A stretch of 64,000 nucleotides of DNA. Source: Planctomycetota bacterium. GTDB taxonomy: Bacteria > Planctomycetota > GCA-002687715 > CAIWVZ01. Below, piece by piece: positions 19,504-30,160 of the stretch. Each line of letters opens with the position of its first letter. The first letter of the stretch is position 1. The position numbers were made by a program, and so were the translations under genes. The stretch is taken from assembly GCA_044222185.1 (NCBI GenBank), contig JBGANV010000001.1:512001-576000 (forward strand), written 5' to 3'. The notes under the pieces are model-generated. The model searched no databases. It worked only from the letters and a program-made list of their open reading frames with translations, and was not told the origin of the DNA.

Positions 19504-21357
19504 TCACTCGGACCGCGGCTCGTCCTCGTCGCCGGGAGCGGCGTCCTGAGGCTTGGCCTCGTCGGTCGGATGGATCCGGAACAGCGACGTCGCGCCAGCC
19601 GGTGCGTTGGTGGGGCGTTGGAGGATGACCGTGAATCCGGAGCGCACGGCGATCTCGCTTCGCACCCTGGCGAGCTCGTGATCCACCAGGTCTTCCCGGA
19701 CGTCGAGCTCCGAGAGGAGGTGCCGCGCCAATTCGGCCGCGACCTCGCACTCCTCGTAGGACACGTGGGACGCCCCTGCCTGCTCGAGACCCTTGCGTTC
19801 ATCCAGGTACCGGGCGCGGGACATGATCATGACGCTCGGGTTGATCGCGCGTGCGGACGTGATGATGGGGGCGCGGCTCGCGAAGTCGGGAAGCGTGATG
19901 ATCAGGTAGCGGGCCTCGGCCACGCCTGCAGCCAGGAGGATCTCGCGGCGCCCGGCGTCACCGAAGATCGCATCCCGCCCCATGGACTGAAGCCGTTGAA
20001 CCGTGTCGAGCTTCAACTCCACGACGCAGGGGCGGACGCCGAACCGGATGAGGATCTTGCAGAGCGTGCGGCCGACCGGGCCGTATCCCACGACGATCGC
20101 GCGAGTCGGCGGTGCCTTGTCGACGGTGCCCGTCTTGGCGGTGTGACCCCTCGGCGCGGGCTTCACGGGAGCCGGGGGCTCGGCGCCTCCGCCGAGGCGC
20201 CTGGAAACCCACTGACCGAACGTGCGGCTACGGGAGACGAGCGCTGGTGCGACGAGCATCGTCAGCACGGACAACGCGATGAGGAGCTGGTGAGCGTCGT
20301 TGCCGAGAAGCCCGCCCTTCTTCGTCGCCGCAGCGAGGACGAATGCGAACTCTCCGACCTGGGAAAGTGCGAGGCCGCCGCCCGCCGCGATGCTCCACGG
20401 GAAGCGGAACAGGCGGAAGGTGATCGCGCCGAGCACGGTCTTCAGGGCGACGACCACGACGAGACCGAAGACCATCAGAGGCAGGTGCGAGGTGACGTAG
20501 GCGAGGTCCATCAGCATGCCGACGGTCACGAAGAAGAACGCGAGCGCGAGGTTCTTGACCGTCGTGAGGTCGGCACGGATCTGGTGCGAGTAGGGGCTGT
20601 CGGAAAGGACGAGCCCCGCGAGGAAGGCTCCCAGGGCAGGGCTGGCGCCCGCCCGTTGGGCGAGGACGGCGACCGCGAGGCACGCCCCGAGGCTGCAGAG
20701 TGCGAATGCCTCCTGGTTGCGCGCGACGGCCAGTGTTCGGAACGCCCACGGCAGCGCGCGCCGGCCGACGAGGAACAGGGTCGGGAGGGCCACGATCATG
20801 ATCCCGAAGGTCGCTGCCGGGGGGAGCCCTGAGCTCGATTCGGGGTCGGGCGGCAGGACGAGCGGAAGCGCTGCCACGACGAGCAGCGCAGCGATGTCCT
20901 GGCCGAGAAGAATGGCGAGGGAGGCGTAGGCCGTCGTGGAGTCGCTCTCGCGACGCTCCTCGAACGACTTCATGACGATGGCCGTGGAAGAGAGCGCCAT
21001 GGCGATGCCGACCACGAGCGACTCGGTGGGCCGCAGGCCCAACGCCAGGCACCCGCCGCCGGTGCCGGCCGCCGTGAGCACGATCTGCGTCAGCGTTCCG
21101 AGGGTCGCGAACCGGAGCATGGACTTCAGCGCCTCGAAGTGGAACTCGAGGCCGATGAAGAACAGCAGGAGGATCACCCCGATCTCGGAGAAATGCTCGA
21201 CCGCCTCTCCGCTCGGCATGATTCCGAAGACACTCGGTCCGACGAGAACCCCGAGCGCCAGGTATGCGACGACGGCCGACTGCCGGAGCTTCTGCACCGT
21301 CCAAACGAGAACGGCTGCAAGCAACGTGACGGCGGCGATCTTGCTGAAGAGGTCCAT
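19504..21357 (-). CDS. CPA2 cation:proton antiporter (KefB/KefC/YbaL-like) with TrkA-N domain
   Basis: Many TMs, LSSTAIV, LGAFLAG, SQVGEFAFVL, C-terminal VVGYGPVG and FGDA. Confidence 0.9.
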   Translation of the reverse strand: MDLFSKIAAVTLLAAVLVWTVQKLRQSAVVAYLALGVLVGPSVFGIMPSGEAVEHFSEIGVILLLFFIGLEFHFEALKSMLRFATLGTLTQIVLTAAGTGGGCLALGLRPTESLVVGIAMALSSTAIVMKSFEERRESDSTTAYASLAILLGQDIAALLVVAALPLVLPPDPESSSGLPPAATFGIMIVALPTLFLVGRRALPWAFRTLAVARNQEAFALCSLGACLAVAVLAQRAGASPALGAFLAGLVLSDSPYSHQIRADLTTVKNLALAFFFVTVGMLMDLAYVTSHLPLMVFGLVVVVALKTVLGAITFRLFRFPWSIAAGGGLALSQVGEFAFVLAAATKKGGLLGNDAHQLLIALSVLTMLVAPALVSRSRTFGQWVSRRLGGGAEPPAPVKPAPRGHTAKTGTVDKAPPTRAIVVGYGPVGRTLCKILIRFGVRPCVVELKLDTVQRLQSMGRDAIFGDAGRREILLAAGVAEARYLIITLPDFASRAPIITSARAINPSVMIMSRARYLDERKGLEQAGASHVSYEECEVAAELARHLLSELDVREDLVDHELARVRSEIAVRSGFTVILQRPTNAPAGATSLFRIHPTDEAKPQDAAPGDEDEPRSE

Positions 21358-21378
21358 CCGGATTCTCGATCCGGGAGT

Positions 21379-22329
21379 CTACTGCCCCGGATCGGGGATT
21401 CCGACGGACCGCCCGGTCTCCAGAAACGCGGCGGTGAGCGCGCGAATCTCAGCGTCGAGCTTCTTGGCCAGCGCCATGGCCGCGGAGCCGGCGTCAGGTA
21501 AGGCGTTCAGCAGCGCCGTTTTCACGGACTCGGTTTCCTTGGTCAGCGAACCGGCCTTCAGTGAGCGGGCGGACGCGAGCGCGTCGACGGCGGATTGAGT
21601 CAGCTTGGCCTCGCCGACCTTCGCGGCGATCGACTCGGCCCATTGCAGACGTGCGTGGAACTGCTTCGTCCGGTCGTCCGCACGGTGGACTTCCGCCGAC
21701 AGTGCGGAGAATTCGCTCGTCAGGCGTGCACCGGTTTCGTTCGCGCGCTGGAGCGCCGCGGCACCGATCTTGAACTCGGTTTCACCGTCGGCGTTCCCGG
21801 CGACGAGTTTGTCCAGGGCTCCGTCGACGTGCTTCATTCCCAGATCGATCTCGCTGACCCATGCGTCGTAGCGCACGTGAAGCGGCGAGGCGTTTCCGCC
21901 AAGGTCGTCGAGGAGAGGGTGGAGCTGACCGAGGTACGTGTGAATCCGGTCGGAGGCGCCGACGATCGTCAAGACGTTCGTCGTCGCGTCGTCCAATCGC
22001 GTGGACGCTGGAACGAAGAGCGCTTCTCCGCGCCGGATGAGATCCGCACGACCCGCCGCATCGGTCGCGCCTCCGGCCTGGGTGACGAAGGCCCGCAGGT
22101 TGTCCGTGCGCGCGCGACACCGCGAGGCGAAGCGGAGTTTAGGGAACCACTCGAGTCGCAGCAGCATTTCGCCCTTCGACGCGGCGCCGTCGGCTCGCAT
22201 GGCGAGGGAGCGGAGCGTCGCCTGCGTGGTGTCGGCCGGAGCGGGCGAGGCCTGGTCTCCGCATCCGGCCACGCACAGGAGGGCAGCGATCGCGCACGCA
22301 GTGAGGGCGTCGATGCCGATGCGGTTCAC
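21379..22329 (-). CDS. Hypothetical helical lipoprotein
   Basis: GTG start overlapping the purQ stop (GTGA); lipobox LCVAGC; GC3-rich codons. Confidence 0.7.
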   Translation of the reverse strand: MNRIGIDALTACAIAALLCVAGCGDQASPAPADTTQATLRSLAMRADGAASKGEMLLRLEWFPKLRFASRCRARTDNLRAFVTQAGGATDAAGRADLIRRGEALFVPASTRLDDATTNVLTIVGASDRIHTYLGQLHPLLDDLGGNASPLHVRYDAWVSEIDLGMKHVDGALDKLVAGNADGETEFKIGAAALQRANETGARLTSEFSALSAEVHRADDRTKQFHARLQWAESIAAKVGEAKLTQSAVDALASARSLKAGSLTKETESVKTALLNALPDAGSAAMALAKKLDAEIRALTAAFLETGRSVGIPDPGQ

Positions 22330-23105
22330 CGCATGGCCCTCACGGCAGCACGGAACACGGACAGTCCGTCGCCCTCCGAACGCTCGGGGCCACGGGTCCA
22401 CCGTGGGTGCTGGTAGCCGAACAGGAATCGTTCCGGGTGGGGCATGAGCCCCATGACGCGGCCCGTCGCATCGCACACGCCCGCGACGTCGCCCATGGAG
22501 CCGTTGGGGTTCTCGGGATAGACGGGCTTACCGCCGTCCGCGGCGACGTACGTCAGCCAGACCTGGCCCGACTCCTCCAGCGCGCGCAGGTCATCCTCGG
22601 TTCGCGTGACGAACTTGCCTTCGCCGTGTGCGACGGGAAGCTCGAGCGTTGCGCCGTCGGTCTCGACGAACACGCAACGAGCGCCGTTGGTCCGCACGCG
22701 GACCCATCGATCCTCGTAGCGGTGCGAGTCGTTCCAGTAGAGCGTGGCCTGGACCTCGGCGCCGTTGGCGAGGCGACCAGGGAGAAGGCCCGTCTTGATC
22801 AGCACCTGGAACCCGTTGCAGATGCCCAGCACGAGCCCCCCACGATCCACGAACGCGCGCAGCGCGTCGCCGACCACCATCGTGAGTTCCGTCGCGAGGA
22901 TCTTTCCCGCGGCGACGTCGTCGCCGTAGGAGAAGCCACCGGGGATCGCCAGCGCGCCGAAATCGTCGAGCTTGCCCGGAGACTCCAGGAGCTGATTCAG
23001 GTGAACCTGCTCGGCCTGCGCGCCGGCGAGTTCGAACGCGTAGGCCGTTTCATCGTTGCAGTTGATCCCGGCGCAGCGAAGCACCATCACCTTCGGTCGG
23101 CTCAT
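22326..23105 (-). CDS. purQ: FGAM synthase glutaminase subunit PurQ
   Basis: GINC, PGGFSYGD, GICNGFQ, AHGEG, NPNGS, GLMPHPER. Confidence 0.96.
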   Translation of the reverse strand: MSRPKVMVLRCAGINCNDETAYAFELAGAQAEQVHLNQLLESPGKLDDFGALAIPGGFSYGDDVAAGKILATELTMVVGDALRAFVDRGGLVLGICNGFQVLIKTGLLPGRLANGAEVQATLYWNDSHRYEDRWVRVRTNGARCVFVETDGATLELPVAHGEGKFVTRTEDDLRALEESGQVWLTYVAADGGKPVYPENPNGSMGDVAGVCDATGRVMGLMPHPERFLFGYQHPRWTRGPERSEGDGLSVFRAAVRAMR

Positions 23106-23138
23106 CGTCTCTCCACGAATTCGGCTGTGCGCGCGTGA

Positions 23139-26042
23139 CTACCGGTCATGGGCTGCGACACCTTCGAGTCTGCGAGTGAGTGGCGGACGCCAGCACGCTT
23201 CGAGGACACCTGCCTCGGCCTTCACGCGCGCCTTCCCGTTCTTGCCGATGACGTGGAGCCGCGGGTCATGCGTCGTCTCACCGACGATCGCGAAGGGCAG
23301 GCCGTTCATCGTGCGCTCGAACGCGGTCACGTGTTCCGGTGCCACTTCGACGAGGAATCGTGTGAGACTCTCGGAGAACGCCCGGTGCAGATCCGAAAGC
23401 CTCGGGTCGGCGACTGGCATCCGCGTCAGGTCGATCCGGGCGCCGATCTCGCCGGAAAGGACCATTTCGGCCGCGGCCGTCACGATCCCGCCTTCCGACA
23501 GGTCGTGGCATGCGCGCACGAGGCCGCCGGCGATCGCCGTGTGAAGCGCAGCGAAGATCTTCCTCGCCCGCGCACCATCCAGCCGCGGGACTCCTGCTCC
23601 CACGCGCTTGTGGATGAGGGCGTAATGCGAGCCTCCCATCTCCGCCCGCGTCTCGCCCACGATGAAGAGGCGGTTGCCCGGCTCCTTCAGGTCCATCGTC
23701 GCGGCATGCCGCACGTCCTCGACGATGCCCAGGGCCGTCACGAGGAGCGAATGCGGGATGACGATCGTCCGATCGCCCACCTGGTACTCGTTGTTGAGGG
23801 AGTCCTTCCCGGAGACGAACGGCGTACCCAGCGCGACCGCTGCGTCGTGGCACCCCTGCGAACATCGGACCAGCGCTCCGAGGCGATCCGGCTTCGAGGT
23901 GTTGCCCCAGGAGAAGTTGTCGAGAATGGCGATCTGCGCGGGGTCGGCTCCGACGCAGACGACGTTGCGTACGGCTTCGTCGATCGCCGCCTCCGCCATC
24001 GCGTAGGGATCGATGTCGCCGAATCGCGGGTTCATCCCGTTTCCGAGCGCGAAGCCGCGCGTCGAGCCAGGCTTCGGTGCGACGACCGCGGCGTCGGATG
24101 GGCCGTGGTGATGCGTGCCGACGAGCGGCTTGACGACGGATCCGGCGAGCACTTCATGGTCGTACTGCCTGATGATCCATTCCTTGCTGGCGACGTTCGG
24201 TGACGCGAGGATCTTCAGCAGATCCCCAGTGAACTCCTCCGACTCCGGGAGCGGCGCGGCGTCGGCCGGCGGATTCGTCCACGTGGCGTCGCGCACGATC
24301 TTCGGCACGCCCTTGTGGAGGAAGGTCATGTCGATGTCCGCGTGTCGCGTGGACCCGTGGTTCACTTCGAGGCGACCCGTTCCCGTGAACTCCCCGAGGA
24401 TCGCCATCTCGACGTCCTCGACACGACAGAGTTCGGCGAGTGCGTCCACGTGCTCGGGCGGAACGGCGAGCACCATGCGCTCCTGAGCCTCGGAGATCCA
24501 GATCTCGGCAGGGGAGAGGCCCTCGTACTTCAGCGGGGCCGTCTCGAGCGTGACGCGTGCGCCGCACGCCTCGCCCATCTCGCCGACGGCGGACGAGAAT
24601 CCGCCGGCGCCGCAGTCGGTGATCGCGCGGAAGAGACCACGGTCGCGAGCCTGGATGACGACGTCGGCGACCTTCTTCTCCGTGATGGCGTTGCCGATCT
24701 GCACGGCGCCCGAGTCGACGCGCTCCGACTCCTCGTGCAGCTCCGTCGAGGAGAACGTTGCGCCGTGGATCCCGTCGCGCCCCGTGCGACCGCCGATGGC
24801 GACGATTCGATCGCCCGGTCGGACCTCCTTCGTCACGGCCGTCTGCGGGAGCATGCCGACGGTCCCGCAATACACGAGCGGGTTGCCGACGTAGCGCTCG
24901 TCGAAGAACACGGCGCCGTTCACCGTCGGGATCCCCATCTGGTTCCCGTAGTCGCGGACACCGGAGACGATGCCGCGAAGGATGCGAAGTGGATGAAGCG
25001 CGCCCTTGGGAACGGAGTCTGCTGCCATGTCGAGCGGTCCGACGCAGAAGACGTCGAGGTTCGCGACGGGTTTCGCTCCTCGTCCGGTCCCGAGCACGTC
25101 GCGGATCACACCGCCGAGTCCCGTTCCGGCGCCGCCGTACGGCTCGATGGCGCTCGGATGGTTGTGGGTCTCGACCTTGATGCAGAGCGCGTCCTGATCG
25201 TCGAAGCGGATCACTCCGGCGTTGTCGTGAAAGACCGACAGACACATGGGATGCGCGATCGTCTCGGTCGCGGCCTTGATCGTGCGCGCGAGAAGGTTGT
25301 CGATGACTTCGCCGTTGAAGCGGACCTGGCCGGCGAGCGTCTTGTGCTTGCAGTGCTCGGACCAGGTCTGTGCGAGCGTCTCGAGCTCCAGGTCGGTCGG
25401 GTTGCGACCGAGCTGGCGGAAGTGGGCCTGGATCGCCTGCATCTCCGCGAGGGTCAGGGCCAGTCCTCCCGTCTTCGAGATCTGGAGGAGGGTCGCGTCC
25501 GAGGCGTCGACCACTGGCACCTCGACCCGGGGGAAGCTCCGCGCCGCCGGCGCCCGCAGCTCGGGGAGGCGATCATCGCCTACGTGGATGTCCTCGATCG
25601 CCGTGTTGGCGAGGAACGCCTCGCCGATCCGCCGCAGAAGGACCGGATCCGTCGTGCCATGGAACACGTAGGCCGTACCGGTTCGGACGGACGTGAGCGG
25701 CAGCCCAAGCCGCGACGCGCCACGGCGGATGGAGGCTTCGACCGGGTCCATGACGCCAGGCTTGCGGAACACGGCGACGACGTTCGGGGCCGCCCCCGAG
25801 TAGCCGGTGTGGTCGTGAACGTGGGACCGCTCGACGACCGGGTCCGTCAGCAGCCGATCGGCGATGGTCGCGGCGCCGTCCCTGGCGATGTCGCCCGACA
25901 AAAGGAAGAGGCGCCGGGTCCTGACGGTGATCGGGTCCTTGATCCCGAGCCAGGCGAGGTTCGCCTCCACCTTCTTTCCGACTGCATCCGGGAGCTCAGA
26001 CAAAACCTCGACTGCGATCTGCCAGGAAGCAGTTCTCACCAC
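23139..26042 (-). CDS. purL: FGAM synthase PurL with two fused N-terminal PurS-like domains
   Basis: QTWSEHCKHK, ETHNHPSAIEPYGGA, DCGAGG, SEAQERM, CHDLSEGG; N-terminal LLTDPVVE and KPGVMDP/LANTAIE PurS-like motifs; GTG start after GGAG. Confidence 0.94.
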   Translation of the reverse strand: MVRTASWQIAVEVLSELPDAVGKKVEANLAWLGIKDPITVRTRRLFLLSGDIARDGAATIADRLLTDPVVERSHVHDHTGYSGAAPNVVAVFRKPGVMDPVEASIRRGASRLGLPLTSVRTGTAYVFHGTTDPVLLRRIGEAFLANTAIEDIHVGDDRLPELRAPAARSFPRVEVPVVDASDATLLQISKTGGLALTLAEMQAIQAHFRQLGRNPTDLELETLAQTWSEHCKHKTLAGQVRFNGEVIDNLLARTIKAATETIAHPMCLSVFHDNAGVIRFDDQDALCIKVETHNHPSAIEPYGGAGTGLGGVIRDVLGTGRGAKPVANLDVFCVGPLDMAADSVPKGALHPLRILRGIVSGVRDYGNQMGIPTVNGAVFFDERYVGNPLVYCGTVGMLPQTAVTKEVRPGDRIVAIGGRTGRDGIHGATFSSTELHEESERVDSGAVQIGNAITEKKVADVVIQARDRGLFRAITDCGAGGFSSAVGEMGEACGARVTLETAPLKYEGLSPAEIWISEAQERMVLAVPPEHVDALAELCRVEDVEMAILGEFTGTGRLEVNHGSTRHADIDMTFLHKGVPKIVRDATWTNPPADAAPLPESEEFTGDLLKILASPNVASKEWIIRQYDHEVLAGSVVKPLVGTHHHGPSDAAVVAPKPGSTRGFALGNGMNPRFGDIDPYAMAEAAIDEAVRNVVCVGADPAQIAILDNFSWGNTSKPDRLGALVRCSQGCHDAAVALGTPFVSGKDSLNNEYQVGDRTIVIPHSLLVTALGIVEDVRHAATMDLKEPGNRLFIVGETRAEMGGSHYALIHKRVGAGVPRLDGARARKIFAALHTAIAGGLVRACHDLSEGGIVTAAAEMVLSGEIGARIDLTRMPVADPRLSDLHRAFSESLTRFLVEVAPEHVTAFERTMNGLPFAIVGETTHDPRLHVIGKNGKARVKAEAGVLEACWRPPLTRRLEGVAAHDR

Positions 26043-26240
26043 GAGGACTCCACCATGGGGAAGCGGTCGCGCCCGGAAGTCGGCCTGCCGGTCGGAGCCG
26101 GGACAGGTGCTCGCCACGGACTTCGCAAGTTGCCTGTGGCGCCGGGATCTCGCGCAGGGACACGCCCGACACGGCGTCGATCGGCCGCTCGCGCGGAAAG
26201 CGGGCGGAACGTAGCAGTGAGGGTTATGGGTAGCAACGAC

Positions 26241-26269
26241 TTGTACATGGGCGGGCACACCTCTACGAT
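26241..26269 (+). promoter_or_regulatory. Sigma70-type promoter for accA
   Basis: TTGTAC-N17-TACGAT, 27 nt upstream of the accA ATG. Confidence 0.6.
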
Positions 26270-26296
26270 TTGCCGCGCCCGGGACCCGAAGGCTGC

Positions 26297-27385
26297 ATGG
26301 CAGACGCCGACAAGAATCGAGACTCGAAGTCCACCGTCGCTCGTGGGACACACCATGTCCTGGACTTCGAGAAACCGATCTTCGAGCTCGAGAAGAAGAT
26401 CGACGAGCTCGAGACCCTCTCGCGCAGCACGGGGATGAACCTCAACGGCGAGGTGAAGCCGCTCAAGGAGCGCCTCTCCACGCTGATCACCGAGGTCTTC
26501 GAGGGGCTCAGCGACTATCAACGGATCCAGGTGGCCCGTCATCAGGCGCGGCCTCTGACCGTCGACTACATCGAGGCCCTCTTCGACGACTTCATCGAAC
26601 TCCATGGCGATCGACAGTTCCGCGATGACCGCGCCATCGTCACCGGTATCGGGCGCTTCGGATCACGTCGAGTGATGGTCGTCGGCCACCGAAAGGGCCG
26701 GGACATCAAGGAGAAGGTGGCCTGCTACTTCGGATGCGCGCACCCGGAAGGGTATCGGAAGGCGCTCCGCAAGATGAAGCTCGCCGAAAAGTTCGGCATG
26801 CCGATCATCACCTTCATCAACACACCTGGTGCCTATCCGGGGATCGGCGCCGAGGAGCGCGGCCAGGCCTGGGCGATCGCCGAGAACCTGCGCGAGATGT
26901 TTGGGATCACGGTGCCGATCATCAGCATCGTGATCGGGGAGGGCGGGTCGGGCGGCGCACTGGGGATCGGCATCGGCGATCGTGTGCTCATGCTCCAGCA
27001 CTCCTACTACTCGGTGATTTCGCCTGAAGGTTGCGCCGCGATCCTGTGGGGCGACTCCAAGCGGGTCGCCGACGCGGCGAAGGCACTGAAGCTCGGCGCG
27101 CGTGATCTGTTCGCCCTCGGCGTCGTCGATGAAGTCGTCGACGAACCCATCGGGGGCGCGCATCGCAATCCCGCGGAGATGTTCGCTCGAGTCCGCGAGC
27201 GCCTGCGGCTGAACCTCGAAGCCGTCGACGCGTTGTCCGTCGAGCAGCGTCTCGAGGAGCGATATCGCAAGTTCCGCCGCATGGGGACGATCTTCGACGT
27301 CCCACCCGCGCGGCCGACGCCTGTGAAGGAAGGCGAGCCACAGGGACCGGACGCTACGGCCTCGAGTGCTGGCGCAGGCGGCTGA
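26297..27385 (+). CDS. accA: Acetyl-CoA carboxylase carboxyltransferase alpha subunit
   Basis: LDFEKPI, ELHGDR, PEGYRKA, TPGAYPGIGAEERGQ, GEGGSGGAL, SVISPEGCAAIL. Confidence 0.96.
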   Translation: MADADKNRDSKSTVARGTHHVLDFEKPIFELEKKIDELETLSRSTGMNLNGEVKPLKERLSTLITEVFEGLSDYQRIQVARHQARPLTVDYIEALFDDFIELHGDRQFRDDRAIVTGIGRFGSRRVMVVGHRKGRDIKEKVACYFGCAHPEGYRKALRKMKLAEKFGMPIITFINTPGAYPGIGAEERGQAWAIAENLREMFGITVPIISIVIGEGGSGGALGIGIGDRVLMLQHSYYSVISPEGCAAILWGDSKRVADAAKALKLGARDLFALGVVDEVVDEPIGGAHRNPAEMFARVRERLRLNLEAVDALSVEQRLEERYRKFRRMGTIFDVPPARPTPVKEGEPQGPDATASSAGAGG

Positions 27386-27407
27386 TCGCACGCCTTGGGG
27401 GTGATCC

Positions 27408-28184
27408 ATGAGAACGGCCGCCAAGATCGTTCCGTTCCTGCTCCTCGGTGTCTTCGGGACGCTGCTCCCGGCGCAGGCTGAGGATCGCGACGCGCTGGCC
27501 GCACGCTTGAAGGCGCGTGTGGACGAGCGCCTCGCGGACATGGTGGTCCAACTCCGTGCGGAGCTTCATCGAGAAATCGATGTGGCGCTCGCCGGTGGAT
27601 CCGCACCATCCGGGCGATTGGACCGCCTGATCGACGACCTGCGTGGCCCGGCTGCGACGGGCGACGCCGGAGGCTCGCGGTCGGCTCCGGCGGGCCCAGG
27701 TGCCGCGTCGAAGTCCACGGCGGCGACCCCGTCCAATCCGCGGTCAAGGTCCGGGGCGACCCAGGCCGAGCCCTCGGCCATCGAATCGGACGGGGCCGCG
27801 CGTGCCCGCCTCGATGCCTTGACGAAACGGGTGGCCGATCTGGAGGCTTCCGGCGCCCCCGCCGAGATCGTGGCGTCACTCCGCACGCGGCTCGAAGGGG
27901 TTCGGTCTGCCATCGAGAACCGGACCGAATCTCCGCCTGCCGCACCGACCCAGCCGTCCCGAGCCCCAGACTCGCGGCCAGTCGCGCAGGTCGGTGATGA
28001 CGTGTTCAAACAGGCATGGGACCGCGCCATGCGGGCCGTCATCGACGGGCGTGGGACCATCGAGACGTCACCGGCCGGCGGATCGTCGCCGGGAGCGCCT
28101 GAATCAAGGCCGTCTCAAAAAAATTCCCAATCCCAGACGACAGGGGGCGTAGGTAAGCTTGGCTCCGAATCACGCTCCCACTGA
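27408..28184 (+). CDS. Hypothetical secreted protein (helical segments with Pro/Ala-rich linkers)
   Basis: Signal peptide ending AQA; follows accA by 22 nt. Confidence 0.7.
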   Translation: MRTAAKIVPFLLLGVFGTLLPAQAEDRDALAARLKARVDERLADMVVQLRAELHREIDVALAGGSAPSGRLDRLIDDLRGPAATGDAGGSRSAPAGPGAASKSTAATPSNPRSRSGATQAEPSAIESDGAARARLDALTKRVADLEASGAPAEIVASLRTRLEGVRSAIENRTESPPAAPTQPSRAPDSRPVAQVGDDVFKQAWDRAMRAVIDGRGTIETSPAGGSSPGAPESRPSQKNSQSQTTGGVGKLGSESRSH

Positions 28185-28231
28185 GCTGCAACGGGTTGGT
28201 TGAGGTGGTCTCCACCGGGTGAGACAAATGT

Positions 28232-28489
28232 ATGCCGTGTAACAACTTGCGTGGTCAGTTGTCACTGTATGCCGGCCGCGACCTCGACGCCGCGCACGCG
28301 ATGATCGTTGGCCAGCACGTGGACCACTGCCCGAGCTGCGACTCCACCGTCAGCAAATACGGGCAGACGGTTTCTCTCCTTGGGACCTACGGTCGCCTCC
28401 TCGAGTCCCAGCCAGTGCCCCGCACCCTCCTCGGGGGCATCGTGGACCGGCTCTCTCGCGCACCTTTCCCCAAGCGCGACCGCTTCTGA
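28232..28489 (+). CDS. Small zf-HC2 (ZAS anti-sigma type zinc finger) protein
   Basis: C-x7-LYAGRDL...HVDHCPSC matches the Cx..HxxxCxxC pattern. Confidence 0.72.
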   Translation: MPCNNLRGQLSLYAGRDLDAAHAMIVGQHVDHCPSCDSTVSKYGQTVSLLGTYGRLLESQPVPRTLLGGIVDRLSRAPFPKRDRF

Positions 28490-28706
28490 CATCCAGCGCT
28501 CGCTCCGAGCCGGGCCGCCCTGCTGACGCCGAAATCTGCTCCTGGGCTGAGTTCGAGCCGGAGCCCGCGGCATCCGTCAGCGGAGCCTGCACGGGGCGAT
28601 CTGCGTATGAAACCGCGGACGTTCTTTGACGGCTGCGAAACCCGTCGGTCGATCCAGCGCCGACTCGGCGCTGATCCCCACGGGCGCAGCGGGAGGTGAA
28701 TCAGAC

Positions 28707-29924
28707 ATGGTGCGAACGGCGATCTTGCTTTCGCTCGTGACGTGCATGGTGGGATTGGGACAGGGTGAACGGGCGACCTCACGGCCCTCGGCGCCGACGG
28801 TCCAGGAGCTCATCGCGGGACTCGACAGTGAATCCTTCGAGGCCCGAAACCGGTCGACGGAAGGGCTGCGCGCGCTCGGCGAAACCGCGCGTCCCGCGCT
28901 CGAGGAGGCCCGGAAGAGCCCCAGCCTTGAGGTCCGAACGAGGGCAGAATCCTTGCTCGGGGAACTCGATGGGGCGGCCTCGCCATCGAAGGACGGCACG
29001 CCGTCGGAACTGCAGGAGAAGGTGAGGAGGCTCCGGCCTGTCGACCCGACCGAGCGGTCGCAGGAAGACGTCGCGCCGGACTCCGAGCCCCACGCCCTGC
29101 CCGAGATGCCCAGGTTCCAGGACTTCGGCGACCCGAACGCCTACTTCGACGCGGTGCGCAAGTACATGGAAGAGACGACGAAGGCCATGAACTCTCGCCG
29201 CTCGTTCGGATTCACGATGCCGCCGGGAATCGAGATGCTGCCTGGCGGCGGCAGCAGGATCGAGATCGCTCCGAACGGGGACCTTCAGTACAGCGTGACG
29301 AGGATCATCGACGGCGAGTCCGTCGAGTTCTCGAAGAACTCGGGCGGCGTCACCATGAAGGTCACGACGCGCGGCGCTGGTGAGGAGAAGAAGGTCGAGA
29401 CCTACGAGGCCAAGGACGTCGAGGAGCTGAAGAGCAAGTTCCCTGACGTCTGGGAGAAGTACGGCAAGGCTGGCGGATTCGAGCTGAACGCGAATCCGTT
29501 CACGTTCCGCGTCGAGCCCGGCCCGTACTCCGTTCCGCGCGTGGGGCGACAACGAGGCGCCGCGCCCCGACCCGATTCCGATCGTTCGCGTGTCCGCCCG
29601 TTGACGCCAGCGGCCCCGGAACCCGTTGCGAGCGGCCCGCGGCTCGGGATCGAGGCTGGCGAGATCCCCCCGATCCTCGACGCGCAGTTGAAGCTCAAGG
29701 GGCAGGGCGTCGCGGTCGAGGCCGTCGAGACCAACAGCCTGGCGTCGCGCTTGGGGTTGCGACAGTACGACGTGCTCCTCGAGGTCGACGGTGTTCCGAT
29801 CCGCTCCGCCGACGACATCCGGCGGCAGATGGCCGCCGCCGACGGCACAGCGACCGTGCGCGTGAAGATCCTCCGCGACGGCGCCTCCCAGGAGCTCTCG
29901 GCGCCCCGCGCCCGGTCGCGCTGA
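28707..29924 (+). CDS. Secreted protein with N-terminal HEAT-like repeat and C-terminal PDZ domain
   Basis: Signal peptide; LIAGLDSESFEAR..EVRTRA HEAT-like segment; RLGI..SLASRLGLRQYDVLLEVDG..ILRDG PDZ; GGAGG RBS. Confidence 0.82.
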   Translation: MVRTAILLSLVTCMVGLGQGERATSRPSAPTVQELIAGLDSESFEARNRSTEGLRALGETARPALEEARKSPSLEVRTRAESLLGELDGAASPSKDGTPSELQEKVRRLRPVDPTERSQEDVAPDSEPHALPEMPRFQDFGDPNAYFDAVRKYMEETTKAMNSRRSFGFTMPPGIEMLPGGGSRIEIAPNGDLQYSVTRIIDGESVEFSKNSGGVTMKVTTRGAGEEKKVETYEAKDVEELKSKFPDVWEKYGKAGGFELNANPFTFRVEPGPYSVPRVGRQRGAAPRPDSDRSRVRPLTPAAPEPVASGPRLGIEAGEIPPILDAQLKLKGQGVAVEAVETNSLASRLGLRQYDVLLEVDGVPIRSADDIRRQMAAADGTATVRVKILRDGASQELSAPRARSR

Positions 29925-30160
29925 GCCAGCGACCCATGCAACCAGGCGCGCGTTCCGCTTCACGACACGCGCGACTGGCGCTCCGATCCGACTCAAACGC
30001 CGTGGCATTCGGGGGAGGTGCGCGGCGCCGACCGGGCCGACCCGACACTCGAGCCACGGAACGTGAGCACCCGGACCGCTGACGCGTTTTTCACGAATTG
30101 CGCCCGAAGCGATTAGACTTTGTCCGAATACCGGCGCAGTCTGTCCAACTCGGGGGCGTC

